Source of the DNA: Nemertoderma westbladi
Lineage: Eukaryota > Animalia > Xenacoelomorpha
Length of the DNA: 64,000 nucleotides
Assembly (NCBI GenBank): GCA_032718475.1
Contig: JAUCBJ010001520.1
Location: 32,703-96,702 of the forward strand
Reading direction: 5' to 3'
Part shown: positions 1 through 12,400 of the stretch, piece by piece
Position numbering within the stretch: the stretch's first letter is position 1
Layout: the number at the start of each line of letters is the position of its first letter
Notes under the pieces: model-generated
Databases searched by the model: none
The model's input: only the letters and a program-made list of their open reading frames with translations
Told to the model about the DNA's origin: nothing
Translations under genes and position numbers: made by a program

Positions 1-3000
1 ATATGGATATTCACCAATCATGTTTCCAGCTGGGTAATAGTCGCAGACTACCAGGGTCATGGTGGGGCATACCTTAACAGCACACCCAAACATCTTTGTT
101 TTACCCCAGATCACCTGCAACAAAATTGGAAAATCTTTGAGATGGGACTATTGATGCTATCTCGGTGAATTACTAATATTATTTATCTCTTATGGAAAAG
201 GAGAAGGTTACGGTTGCATTTCATTGTAAATAAAAAATAATCAGGTTTCAATGGAATAGTTTAGTGAAATCTTTATCATATTTGTCGTTGTCTAATGGTT
301 TCAGTAGAGGACCTAAGCCTCTACCAATATAGTAGACTTTTGATGAAGGTGTACCAGTATTAGATTCCTTTCCTAAAAAGAGAAATTGTTCTGATTCTCT
401 TAAAGCCTTGATTCTCGAATCATCTATTGGTTACAGTTGGTTTATATTAATTATACAGTATATATTCCATTCTGTTGCACTGTTAATTTACTACGGTAGG
501 CCCTACTGTTCTGAGTACAAAGATTTGATTGAGATCCTTATAATTTTTATTATGAATCAAGATGTATTTAAAGAACATACACGTAAGGTGGGGGTGAAAG
601 AAAGGGTATCGCAGCGAGGTTCCTGGTTCTCCTAGAGGACATCAACAGGCTTTATTAAAGTTAGAAGTTAATGAGAGAAGTTAACGTAAGGGTATCGCAT
701 TAACTTCTAACTTTAATAAAGCCTGATGAAGGCCTCTCTAGGAGAGGCAGAAGCTCGATGCGATACCCTTTATATTTGTTACTTGTCGGTGGGTGTAGAC
801 CTAGAACCACTTTTGTTGTATTAAATGAATCAAGATAGATTCCAATGCTACCTGAAACTCAACTCTTCATTCTAGTTTCATTAAAAAAAAATATATATAT
901 ATCAGTGTCTAGTCGGTGGTTATTCCAGCTATAAAACTATCATGAATAACTACAAATGAGAATGACCACAAATTTTTACCTTTGTAAGGTAAATCTGCAA
1001 CAACTCAATATACAAATATATATAGTCATGATAATAAGGTTTTAGATGTTACCTGTGTAAAATGTCCAATACCCTGGAAATTTGAATTTGACAATGGTTC
1101 CCACTTATTATAGAGACTAACTTCATCATACCAAGGTTTCACCACATCTAAACCATTTTCGATGCAGTTTCCTCCACTACTAGACGAACCTGCAAAGAAT
1201 ACACCCATTAACATGAAATCAATGACCTAGTGAGTGAGCCATTGTGGTATTTCAGTCTCCAAATTTTATTCTTATCTCATTAAATAAAATATTCATATTT
1301 CTTACTAGTGAAAACAACTGGCTTAGCACTTGTACTTCTTACTTCCAGGTACATACACATAAAAGCATCATTCTCCTCTACTATTTCCCATTAAAAAGTA
1401 AAGTAAAGTAAATTTTCTTCGGCCACCAGGCCAGGGATTACGCACAAAGTCTGACGAGTGCCAGTGCCAATCTTGAGACAAGTTTTCGCTGCATTAGCTG
1501 TATTTTTACTGAACTTCCATTTCATGATACTATTTTAGAATCAGATACCGACTATTCATTCCTCACATCGCCTCTGCAAACTCCAAGTGATGCTGAGAGT
1601 GAAACTTTTAAATTTTTTAAGAAAAAAGGTCTGCATTTTTTGCATTTAAACGCACGATCTCTGCTTCCCAAACTTTCAGAAATTCGAATTTTAATCAATT
1701 TAATCTAACCCAGCAGTTTTAAAAATCTCTTAAACTTGGGTCGATGATAGCATTTCTGATAGAGAAATTTATATTGATAATTACATAGTTTTATGTAAGG
1801 ATAGGGACAGACATGGTGGTGGTGTCTGTACTTACATTCGATGTGATTTAGCTTTTAATCGTAGGGAAGATTTAGAGACTTATGACGAAGTTTTACTGGT
1901 GGAACTTTTACTTCCTAAAACTAAACCTATTTTAATCGGTACTTTATCGGTCTTAGGTGTTTTTAATATCTGTTACCATCACAAACTATTACTTTTATTA
2001 TTAATTACTCTATCGAAGATAATGTAGTACCAGACGAACTGGAATTAACTAAGGTTGTTCCTCTGTATAAAAAGAATAGTAGAACCCTGTAATTGCAGAC
2101 CTGTTAGTATCTTAAATATTGTGTCTAAAATTCTAGAACGTTCTGTTTTTCTACAGCTGGAGGCACATCTTAGTAGGCTAAATGTGATCTATGAACTTCA
2201 GTCCGGTTTTCGTAAATCATATTCTACAGACACCTGCCTTATTAACTTAACTGATACAATTAGATGTAATAACACAAAAGGGTTTATATACTGGTATGGT
2301 AATGTTGGACCTACAAAAGGCTTTCGATACTGTAGATCATGAAATTCTGTTTGGTAAGTTTGGGCTGATGGGTGTAGGTTCTATAGACTGGTTCAAGTGG
2401 TTCAAGTCCTACCTGTCAGACAGAGGTCAAACTGTAGTCATTAGCAAATCGCACTCTACTGTACAAGAGATTACCTGTGGTGTACCACAAGGTAGTATAA
2501 TAGGTTCTCTGCGTTTTGTATGCTATGTAAATGATATGATAAGTAGTATAGATCCCGATTTTAAACTCATTTTATATGCTGACGACAGTGCTGTTATTTT
2601 CTCTCATAAAGATCCTATCCATATTTCCTAAAAGTTAAGTGCAGTTCTAGAATCCTGTAATGAGTGGTTGGTTGATAATAAGCTATCCATTCACTACGGT
2701 ACGACTGAAAGTATTTTGTTTGGTTCCAAAAGAAAGTTAAAGAAGGAAACTAAGTTTGAAGTCACTAGTAATGGACATAAGATTGAAAATAAAAAGGAAG
2801 TTAAATATTTAGGCGCCACATTGGATAACTGCTTATCAGGAGAAAGCACAGCGAAAAATATTTTCTCGAAAGTTAACAGTAGGCTTAGGTTTCTATACAG
2901 CAATAAAAAGAGTTTAAACTCTGACTCTCGCAATTTACTTTGCTCTTCTTTAATACAGTGTCACGTGGACTATCTGTGCTCTTCTTGGTAAACAAAACAG

Positions 3001-4997
3001 CTCAAATGTAAATTACAAGTAGCTCAGAATAAAGTAGTACGATTTATTGAAGACTACAAACCTAGGCACCACCTAACTCCAGATGAATTTTCTGAATCTG
3101 GACTACTTAACTTAGATAGTAGAGTTAAGCAGCTACGCGTTAACCATGTGCATAAAGTGTATAATGGTAAGTGTCCCAATTACCGAAAACAAAAATTCAA
3201 CAGAGTACGCGATACACTCTTACAGTACCAGAACTAGTGCTTCAAACTTCTACCTCCCGAATTGTAAATCCTTCAAATCTGATACTTCCAATTTTAACTA
3301 CTACTGAGCTATGGCATTGAAAGCGTTTTGGGCATCAATCATCAACACCCCCACTCCCCATCCTGTAACATCATTGCCTACAATCAGTTCCCAAAAGATA
3401 AGGATTGTCACCCTCCATGCATGCCTAAACCACTGCACAAAGATTGTCTATAATGTTCACTTCTATAATGTTTTACTCCCATGCCTGCCACCAAAGCCAT
3501 AGCCTTACCAAGGATCCATTGTAAAAGAGTCTCACCCATTCCAACTGGATGCACTCCTAGGCATTTGACCAGGGCTAAAAGCCTATTTGACATATTTTCC
3601 TTATGTCATCCCTTGGTACTAAACAGAATTAGCCAGTTTTGAACCCAGTGCTCCTACGACCTACAGCATTGTGCAAGTGGGCACTGGAATCAAGCGACCT
3701 GGTAGCATCCTGACCAGAAAAACCACCACTACCTTGGACTTTGTCTGCTACAGCTTCTATGAGAGATGAAGTCAGCATAGTTATAAAAGTATTTAACTTG
3801 GATCCAGGCAGAGATCATTCCCAGGTGGGGAAGCTTCTGGATTCAAGGCTAGTAGTAATTCTATGTATTATTCGCCCTTGACTACTATCTCAACATTGGG
3901 GTCAAGTAAACCTCCACCATCTTGCTCTGCGATCCTCACTCCTGACCTTACCTCTCCTCTCATCATTCATTTTGAGAAGATGCAGATGGTCTGTTATTCT
4001 TCTTTAAAACTGCTGGTGTATCCACAGCAAACATGCATTGAAACTTTCAATCCAAATCATCTGCCTCTACCTACAGGGTCTCAAACTCCCCAGTATCCCA
4101 CTCCCACTGCTGGAAACACTGTTCCAGGAGTTTCCTTCTTGTAAATATATAAAAAACTCACACATGTATAGATTTTGTCCCATTTTTTTCCCTTTGAACT
4201 CATGAATAACATGATTGAAATTGCAACTCTCTGCTAACTTCTCGGCTTCACGTGCAATTTTGTTATTCCATTTCTGAAAAAATGTAAATGACATGTAAAA
4301 TGACATCAAATAAATATTAAATATGTCACTGACAGAGCAATTACTGTAAAAATTAGTTAGAGCCTAGTGCCTCAGTTTTTGTCGGATTTTTTCCACATCC
4401 ACCACTTTGCACAAATTAGCAACTGTACATGTACATGTTTGGAGATAGCCATAACGAGAACCAGTGGAATAACCGAAACATATTGGATTCTGTAGACAAT
4501 ATTTCTGTTTTTTTTTAGATTCGGCAATGACCCTATGCATTTTGACAAACTATGCGAAGGGCATGGATTAGTCAGCGAAACGCAGGTCACATGTGTGAAA
4601 GAAGAACTAAGTTTGTGACATGTCACATTTCTCACACCACATTTGATTTCATATTCTTCAGTCAACTAACCAATAATTGAAAAATGTGTTTATTAAATGT
4701 AGTTATTAAATAACTACTTTAAATTACTTAAATTAAGAAGGACTAACAGGTGGAAACACCATGGCCTTAAAGTCCCTTAGAACTTACCAATGGACACAGA
4801 GGTTTTGATGGTCTGGGAAGTTTTTCACCGTTATCCATTGATCCTGGAAGGTCGCTCCTGTAGTCGTTATGAGCTTTGATAAGCGCCTTCTTAATATTTC
4901 TGTTGCATTTAGCGTCTGTTAAGGTAGTTTGTAGTAGTAGAGCAACCACAACTGAAAGAGCTATCATTATTACGTTGTGTCGTTGTGAAGTCGCCAT
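1..4997 (-). CDS. Secreted CAP/SCP (PR-1/Ag5/CRISP-type) domain protein, copy 1; 4 exons, last codons run off the window edge
   Basis: Exons 4997-4788, 4273-4162, 1189-1053 and 114-<1 have canonical GT/AG ends and compatible phases (0,1,0). The spliced protein has a signal peptide ([18 protein letters not shown]) and CAP motifs [46 protein letters not shown] and [10 protein letters not shown]. Confidence 0.93.
601..771. repeat. Inverted repeat in CAP intron 3; probable inverted Penelope-type terminal repeats with a decayed hammerhead motif
   Basis: Paired segments aagggtatcgca...tgcgataccctt and caggctttattaaagttagaagttaatg / cattaacttctaactttaataaagcctg. Contains CTGATGA-stem-GAA(G). Confidence 0.55.
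1470..3300 (+). mobile_element. Decayed CR1-group (CR1/L2/Crack-like) LINE, APE + RT fragments, in CAP copy 1 intron 2
   Basis: Motifs [59 protein letters not shown] and KYLGATLD. Stops, frameshifts and an internal deletion are present. Confidence 0.88.
3300..4100 (-). mobile_element. Decayed RT fragment of a CRE-clade-like non-LTR retrotransposon
   Basis: Minus-strand peptides [26 protein letters not shown] and [14 protein letters not shown] resemble CRE-type RT motifs (RLIALxKxxGVRPIxVGE; LLxDAxNAFN). Boundaries are approximate. Confidence 0.65.
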
Positions 4998-5589
4998 GTT
5001 CCTAGATCTTCATTTAGATAAATTTAAAATTAATTAGATGTAGGTTAGGTACTGTATATAGCATTGTAAAGGAAACATAGAGGTTAAAATAAAAAAAAAA
5101 ATTTATTGATAATCTATTGTATTGCTAGTGCTAGTAATATTTCCATGCTGTACTCCGTGTAATGCAGCACTTAATACCGTTATGATCTGAATGATTGGTG
5201 CATTGTATGTGTGACGGAAATAATGAAAATGGGGTTTATTTTAAAATATACAGTTTTATTCCAAAGTTTAAAATTACGAAAATACTTTATATGAAAACTA
5301 TACCTACGAAAAGTTTTTGTTAATAAAGAGTGATATATTTTTGTGGAAACTCCCCAAATTTTACATACTAGAAAGCCAGAAAGCTGGCTATAAGAAGACT
5401 GTCAGGCCCTTAAAGAAGGTCAGTTTGACGGTTTCCTTAAATTAAATCTGCTAATCCCATAAAAATTACAAATTTTGGAAAACAAATTTAAACAAAGGCA
5501 CACACATCCCGTTACTGATAATGTCTTTAGGTTATATATCTATATGGAGTATATAGCAAAATAAAAATATACAGTGTATACGTACCGTC

Positions 5590-6525
5590 GTACCTGTTGC
5601 AGTCTTCTTTTGCAGAATTTAAACCTTTTTATCAAGTTTTACAAATAAACGTAGAGCTCATTACCTCGGCTTATATTATATATAATTCTAACCGGTTGAG
5701 ATCAATGAAAGTAATTATTATGTCTTATTAAGAAGTCGCCAGAAAATTTGTTAAATACATTTTTGGGTGGATAACAGCTATTGTTATAAATTCGGTATAG
5801 AAAACGTTACATACAAATTGGTCGGGTATGTTTTCTAAGGATCTCATAGTTAGAATTTGTATTTGGTGATCAATGATTGACCATTTTGCAAATTGTTTTC
5901 TGTGGAATTGTACAATTTTTGATAATTATGTTTCTATGTATTAACAGCTGCAGTACATTGGGCATGACGCAGAGGTAAATTAAAAATTTAAATCAATGTA
6001 TAGTCGCTTTCTCAGAAAAATAATATGTAGAAAAGTAAAATTACATGGAGATATGGTCTCTTCATATATAACCCGGGATGAAAAGTCCGCGAGGAAACAC
6101 TTCCATGTAACACCACGTCCACGTCATTCATCATATATATATAGCTAAATTAAAATAAACAGTACATACAAACCTGTTGCAGTCTTCTTAGCAAAATCAT
6201 AAACAATATTACAAGTTTGAAATTTATTTTAGAAATAAATGTATAGGTCACGTCATCACAACCTCATCTTGGCTTATATAATTTTATAGTCGAGATCAAT
6301 GAAAGTAATTAATGTCTTATTAAGAAATCCCAGGAAATTTTTGTTAAAACTTTGGTATATAAATAAATTTGTCTGATGTTTTTTCTAAAGATCTCATAAT
6401 TATAATTTTGTATCTTGTGATCAATGATTGGCCATTTTGCAAAGAAATTGTCCAATTTTTGATAATTATGTTTTCTCATGTATTAACAGCAGCAGTGCAT
6501 TGGGCGTGAGGCTGAGTTAAATTCA
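5590..6525. repeat. Diverged direct duplication (about 5590-5980 vs about 6170-6525) upstream of CAP copy 1
   Basis: Shared ordered blocks acctgttgcagtcttct, gagatcaatgaaagtaatt, tgatcaatgattg.ccattttgcaaa and tattaacagc.gcagt.cattgggc. Confidence 0.8.
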
Positions 6526-6744
6526 TAATTTTGAGAAAGTTTGACCTCATTTCACAGTACAATAGGTAATAGAAAAGTAAAATAATTATTTATACCTACC
6601 TACCTACCTGATTGGAATTTATGCAAATCTATTCAGTCAGGGGAGATATGGTCTGTTCTGCCAAATATTGAACCGTATGCATACAGATACACTCATTCAA
6701 ACCAGAAATTAATGAGCAGAAACACGATTAGCACAAGTTTGTTA

Positions 6745-7032
6745 TGCTGATTCCATCTCACTTAAAAATGCATTACCAGTTCTCGTACTCACTTTGTGAC
6801 TTCACTGCATTACCAGTTCTCCATCTCACTTTGTGACCTCACTGATGTCCAGTTCTCAATCTCATTTGTGACTTCACATCATTGTATTACGAGGTCTCCA
6901 TCTCATTTTGTGACTTCCCATCACTGCAATACCAGTTCTCAATCTCACTTTGTGACTTCACTGCATTACCAGTTCTCCATCTCACTTTGTGACCTCACTG
7001 CATTACCAGTTCTCCATCTCACTTTGGGACCT
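6745..7032. repeat. 42/37-bp minisatellite, array 1
   Basis: Unit cattaccagttctccatctcactttgtgacttcacatcattg; the 37-bp variant lacks 5 nt. Confidence 0.93.
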
Positions 7033-7034
7033 AA

Positions 7035-8155
7035 CATGCTGTTACCATGCTGGGAACATCGCTACAGTAGTATAAAAATTGTATCAAAATTAAACTAAAA
7101 CTCTAATACTCTAATACTGCCTTACTTACCTACGTCTGCACTGCACGTCTGTACTGCCTGTACAATTTTGGCCTACCTGCTGACCTGGCTGCCCTCAGTT
7201 GTGTAAGGGGTGCTGGGTAGGATGATTGTTAGTAATGGAGATGTAATCGGCGTTAATTGTGACTCCCAGGTCAGGAATGGGCCTAACTCAGTTGTTTCGC
7301 TCATCGAAGTAGGTCTTGCGTCTAGTGTTGTGGAATCCATAGTGTGGTGCATTTCGTACCTGTGGACATTTGGAGTGCGAAAGAAACTCTTTTCAAAATC
7401 GACAATACAGAACCAATCAACCGCCGTGATAAGGCAGAGAGATAAGCAGCGAGAGCGAATGCATTGGATATTATTGACAAGGTTAGAGGGCTGGAAAGTC
7501 AAGGGTCTTTGCCGATTATTGCAGTAAATGCGTTATAAGCTTTATCACTTCCAGCGATTAAATGCATTGCCGATAGACGAGTAGATGCAGAACAAAAGGT
7601 AAGACTTTTGGGACTCGAGAGTATGATGGAGGGATTTCATAACGATCTTATAGATAGAATGAAAGTCTTGGAACAGTCGATAGCTAAGTCGCAGATTCCA
7701 ATACAACCGCCAATTCTGTCCTGCCCATTTCGTGATGCCCTTTTAGGTATGGATGTATTTGATTGTTAACTCCTACTTTCCAGTAGATACCCGTTCTGTA
7801 GACACAGTATCTGATGAACTATTATCTGTATTATGTAAAGTGAATAATATAATTTCCAACTCAGGGTGTAATACATTCATTTAGGCTGGTAATCTCAATG
7901 CTGATTTTGATAGATTTACAATGCACGTCCGCGTTATAAATAATTTTTTCGTTGAAAATAACGTAACATGTGTATGGGATATTAACGATTCAAATGTTTT
8001 ACATACTTTCAGTTCTTTAAGAGATAACAATGTATATTTTTCGACCATTGCGCCGCTGCGTCCTGTCTTTATAGTAATAAGACTAACAATCCAGCCAATG
8101 GCAAGTCTTCAAACGGAACACGTCAAACCGTACAAAGACAATAGTGTATTCTGGC
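7035..8155 (+). mobile_element. Older, internally deleted LINE (ORF1-like piece + APE fragment) related to the element at 9490-15930
   Basis: VNSYFPVDTRSVDTVSDELLSVL...AGNLNADF aligns by eye with IVNVYFPTDSRSLTAVSDEFLTIL...VGDFNADF at 11280-11450. Confidence 0.7.
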
Positions 8156-8962
8156 ACATCATTGCATTACCAGTTCTCCATCTCACTTTGTGACCTCACT
8201 GCATTACTAGTTCACCATCTCACTTTGGGACTTCACTGCATTACTAGTTCACCATTTCATTTTGTGACTTCACATCATTGCATTACCAGTTCCCATCTCT
8301 CTTTGTGACTTCACATCATTGCATTACTAGTTCACCATCTCACTTTGGCAATTCACTGCATTACTAGTTCACCATCTCACTTTGTGACTACACATCATTG
8401 CATTACCAGTTCACCATCTCACATTGTGACTTCACATAATTGCATTACCAGTTCTCCATCTCACTTTGTGACTTCACATCATTGCATTACCAGTTCTCCA
8501 TCTCACTTTGTGACTTCACATCATTGCATTACCAGTTCTCCATCTCACTTTGTGACTTCACATCACTGCATTACCAATTCTCCATCTCACTTTGGGACTT
8601 CATATCACTGCATTACCAGTTCTCCATCTCACTTTGTGACTTCACATCATTGCATTACCAGTTGCCCATCTCACTTTGTGACTTCACATCATTGCATTAC
8701 CAGTTCCCCATCTCACTTTGTGACTTCACATCATTGCATTACCAGTTCTCCATCTCACTTTGGGACTTCACATCACTGCATTACCAGTTCTCCATCTCAC
8801 TTTGTGACTTCACATCCTTGCATTACCAGTTCTCCATCTCACTTTGTGACTTCACTGCATTACCAGTTCACCATCTCACTTTGTGACTTCACATCATTGC
8901 ATTACCAGTTCACCATCTCACTTTGGGAATTCACTGCATTACTAGTTCTCCATCTCACTTTG
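8155..8962. repeat. 42/37-bp minisatellite, array 2 (about 19-20 units)
   Basis: Same unit as array 1; it produces the repetitive HCITSSPSHFVTSH ORF. Confidence 0.96.
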
Positions 8963-9372
8963 TATGGATGTATTTGATTGTTAACTCCTACTTTCCAGTA
9001 GATACCCGTTCTGTAAACACAGTATCTGATGAATTATTATCTGTATTATGTAAAGTGAATAATATAATTTCCAACTCAGGGTGTAATACATTTATTTAGG
9101 CTGGTAATCTCAATGCTGATTTTGATAGATTTACAATGCACGTCTGCGTTATAAATAATTTTTTCGTTGAAAATAACGTAACATGTGTATGGGATATTAA
9201 CGATTCAAATGTTTTACATACTTTCAGTTCTTTAAGAGATAACAATGTATATTTTTCGACCATTGCGCCGCTGCGTCCTGTCTTTATAGTAATAAGACTA
9301 ACAATCCAGCCAATGGCAAGTCTTCGAACGGAACACGTCAAACCGTACAAAGACAATAGTGTATTCTGGCAC
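8962..9372 (+). repeat. Direct duplicate of 7747-8157 (LINE APE fragment), offset 1215 bp
   Basis: Near-identical about 410-bp block; ORFs starting at 7921 and 9136 are nearly the same. Confidence 0.93.
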
Positions 9373-9490
9373 ATCATTGCATTACCATTTCACCATCTCA
9401 CTTTAGGACTTCACTGCATTACTAGTTCACCATCTCACTTTGGGACTTCACATCATTGCATTACCAGTTCTCCATCTGACTCTGGGACTT
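9370..9490. repeat. 42/37-bp minisatellite, array 3
   Basis: Same unit, about 3 copies. Confidence 0.9.
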
Positions 9491-12400
9491 TGCGGTACTT
9501 CTGTACATATTTTTTATTTTTTAGATTATTGCGTGGTAAAGTAAAACTGGCAGTATACTGAATAAATACTAAATACTGAATCACAGACTGACCAATAACT
9601 GAATAACAGTACAGACGTTACTGCTATCTGGCTATGGTCACTCCTCCTTCTAGTGGCCCGGTGGTGCGCCGGGCGGAGGCGTCTGGCAGTGTGTCTCAGT
9701 CAATGGATATGGATAATGTCAATCCGAAGATCATTATAGTTAATTCGTGCCTCTCTGTGATCATGCAAGGTCTTGTTTCGAGAACTACTGCAGTGACTAG
9801 CGAATTCTGTTTGTCCAGCTTTGTGTCCTAGGAAGTCTTCGCTGCTAAACAGTGTTTATTTGAGAAATACGGGGACCGTGTTATTAACAGACAAGATACC
9901 GGTGAGCGTACTGCCAGTGCGGCGAATTTTAAAGATATCTGGGACAAACTGAAGGAACTAGATAGTTTTGGGTTTCTCCCAGTTATTGCGGTCGAGGCGA
10001 TAGCTGCCCTGTCACTGCCAACGTTCCCTTCGGCACTAGGTTCGAAAGGTTCAGGCGGTAATGCGGGCATAAGAAATGTTACGGAGATAGATAGTGTTAC
10101 ACGGTTAGCATTGATGGACGCGAAGCTAGACACAATTCATAACTCGATTATGGAGAAGATTGATTTGTCGTCGCTCTCCTCTCCTAGATTACCTTCGACT
10201 TCAGTATCAACCCAGGGGGAACCTCCCAAACAGGGACATGTTACTACTGGTACTCAACGAAGTCAGTCTCCGGCAAGTTGGTGGAAAGATTCGTACAGTG
10301 CGGCCACCCTTCGAGGTGGATCTTCCTCGGCCCATAGACCGCCACAGGTTGCTAGGTCCATGGCCCCACCCTACCTTAACCTTGGTTCTATTGGGGGAGG
10401 TATTCGAGGTCCACGGGTAGGTTCGGAGATGGTTGTGGCGAACAGGTTCTCCGTCCTCGGAGGAACCCCAGGCAGTAAGAAGAGACCGCGACCAAATACC
10501 CCTCAGAAGATGCCACGACCAGAAGAGTTGGAAGTCCAACCACGTAAAGAACGTCATCATCGGGAGTGCGTCGTCGGTACGGTGAAGAATACGGGAACCA
10601 CCAGGAATAGGAAGTCGAGAGCGGCACCAAAGTATATTTTTGTATTCCGTGTGGATGTAGGGACTCTTACAGAGCATCTCGTCGACGATTTAGCAGCAGC
10701 TGGTATCAATATCTCTGCGAGCGCCGTCCGCAAGATTTCGCACGTAGATGCCCGTATAGCTAGCTTACGGATCGCAATCCCCGCTCATCAAATTGACGCT
10801 GCTAAGGAACCTTCGGTCTGGGACCACGGGGTCTGCGTTCGGCCGTGGTTCTACACGCCAAGGGATATGGTGAGAGGTGGTGAGAGTCAGGGTCATTGAA
10901 ACTCAGTTGGTTTGGCTGTTGGTATTCTTAACTTTTTATATATTTATTTATAATGGATTCCTCGATTTCTAACCTTTCTGTGAGGTCTTTTAATAGCACC
11001 GGGTTTGGGCCAGATAAGATAGATTTAATAAAATGTTTGTCCTTCGGATCTGATATACTGTGCTTGCAAGAACACTTTGTTTTAAAGGATAACCTAAATT
11101 ATATCCGCAAGGAATTTGAACCAATGTTTAAATGTTTTAACGAACCTGCGATTTTTATTAACCCTTCGCAGTCTGGCCGACCCTCGGGTGGTTTGTCGAT
11201 TTTAGTAAAAAATTAGTTATGTAAATATGTAAATTATTTTACGTCTCAGAACCACCGTTTACATGCGATTAAGTTAACATTGCCGAGCTCTACTCTAGCC
11301 ATTGTTAATGTTTACTTTCCAACCGACAGTAGATCTTTAACTGCTGTGTCAGATGAGTTTTTAACTATTCTTAATGATATACGAGAGATAATTACGAGAC
11401 TTAATTGCTGTAATGTTATGTTGGTAGGAGACTTTAATGCCGATTTTACTCGAATACAGCACATGTCGAATTATTACAGACTTTTATTAATTCCCTTGGT
11501 CTTGTAGATATGTGGTCTACATATCCGGTCGATTTTACATACCTACACACTGTTAATAACAATTCATTTGCGTCTACACTTGACCATTTTTTAGTTTCGG
11601 GTGCATTGGCTGATTATTGTACAGATGGTGGGGTAACACACATTGGTTCAAATTTTTCTAATCATAGTCCGGTATTTGTTAAATGTAATGTAGATAGTTT
11701 AGATAACGGTGGTGATACGGATCTGGCTTCACAAAATTTTATTGGTAAGCCAAGTTTTAGACGAGCCTCCAATGTTCAGAAATCTGAATTCGTCAATGTT
11801 TTAAGATCTAATGTAGATGGTATCGCTGGTATAAATTGTGCATTGTGCAATGATTTGTTTTGTGTCGATGTCTCTCATGTAAGTAATATTGAATCGTTTG
11901 TGTATAATCTGACAGAGGCGTTGAATGACGCATCGCAGTGTCTCCCTCGTCCCTCCCCTCCCAATAGTAGGACAGGTACGCCAGTAATGCCTGGCTGGAA
12001 TGAGCATGTCCGCCCTTATAAGGAGGAATGTTTATTTTGGCATAGCGTTTGGATCTCGGCCGGGAGGCCTAATGAGTCACAGAGCAATTTATTTCATTTA
12101 AGAAGAGTATCAAGAGCGCAATACAAATACGCAGTGCGGCGTTTGAAATGCAATGTAGATTCCATTCGTAGAGATAAATTCATGCAAGCCTGTCTAGAAA
12201 GTGGTTCCGATATTTTTGCTGAAATTAAGAGGCATAGGGGGAACCTATCCAACCTTAGTATGTCCGTGGATGGGGTCAATGACCCCAATGGGATTTCGGA
12301 TAAATTTGCCTCCATTTATTCCCAGCTTTACAATCAGAATTATAATGATGACATGTCTCATTTAGAATCTCTCATTAAAGATGGTATAGATAACTTAAAT

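Larger units (their letters stand above)
1..5980. repeat. Segmental duplication unit A (paralogous to about 18850-25480)
   Basis: Colinear high identity across exons, introns, intronic TE fragments and about 1 kb of upstream sequence. Position 1 corresponds to 18850. Confidence 0.95.

Noticed and set aside
4372-4665. 97-aa ORF identical in both duplicates (also 23889-24182)
   Set aside because: It lies in CAP intron 1, has no ATG start or recognisable domain, and its identity is explained by the recent duplication.
8345-8977. His/Cys-rich repetitive 210-aa ORF as a metal-binding protein
   Set aside because: It is a by-product of a 42-bp minisatellite. Two frames are open, 37-bp variants break the frame, and it has no ATG start.
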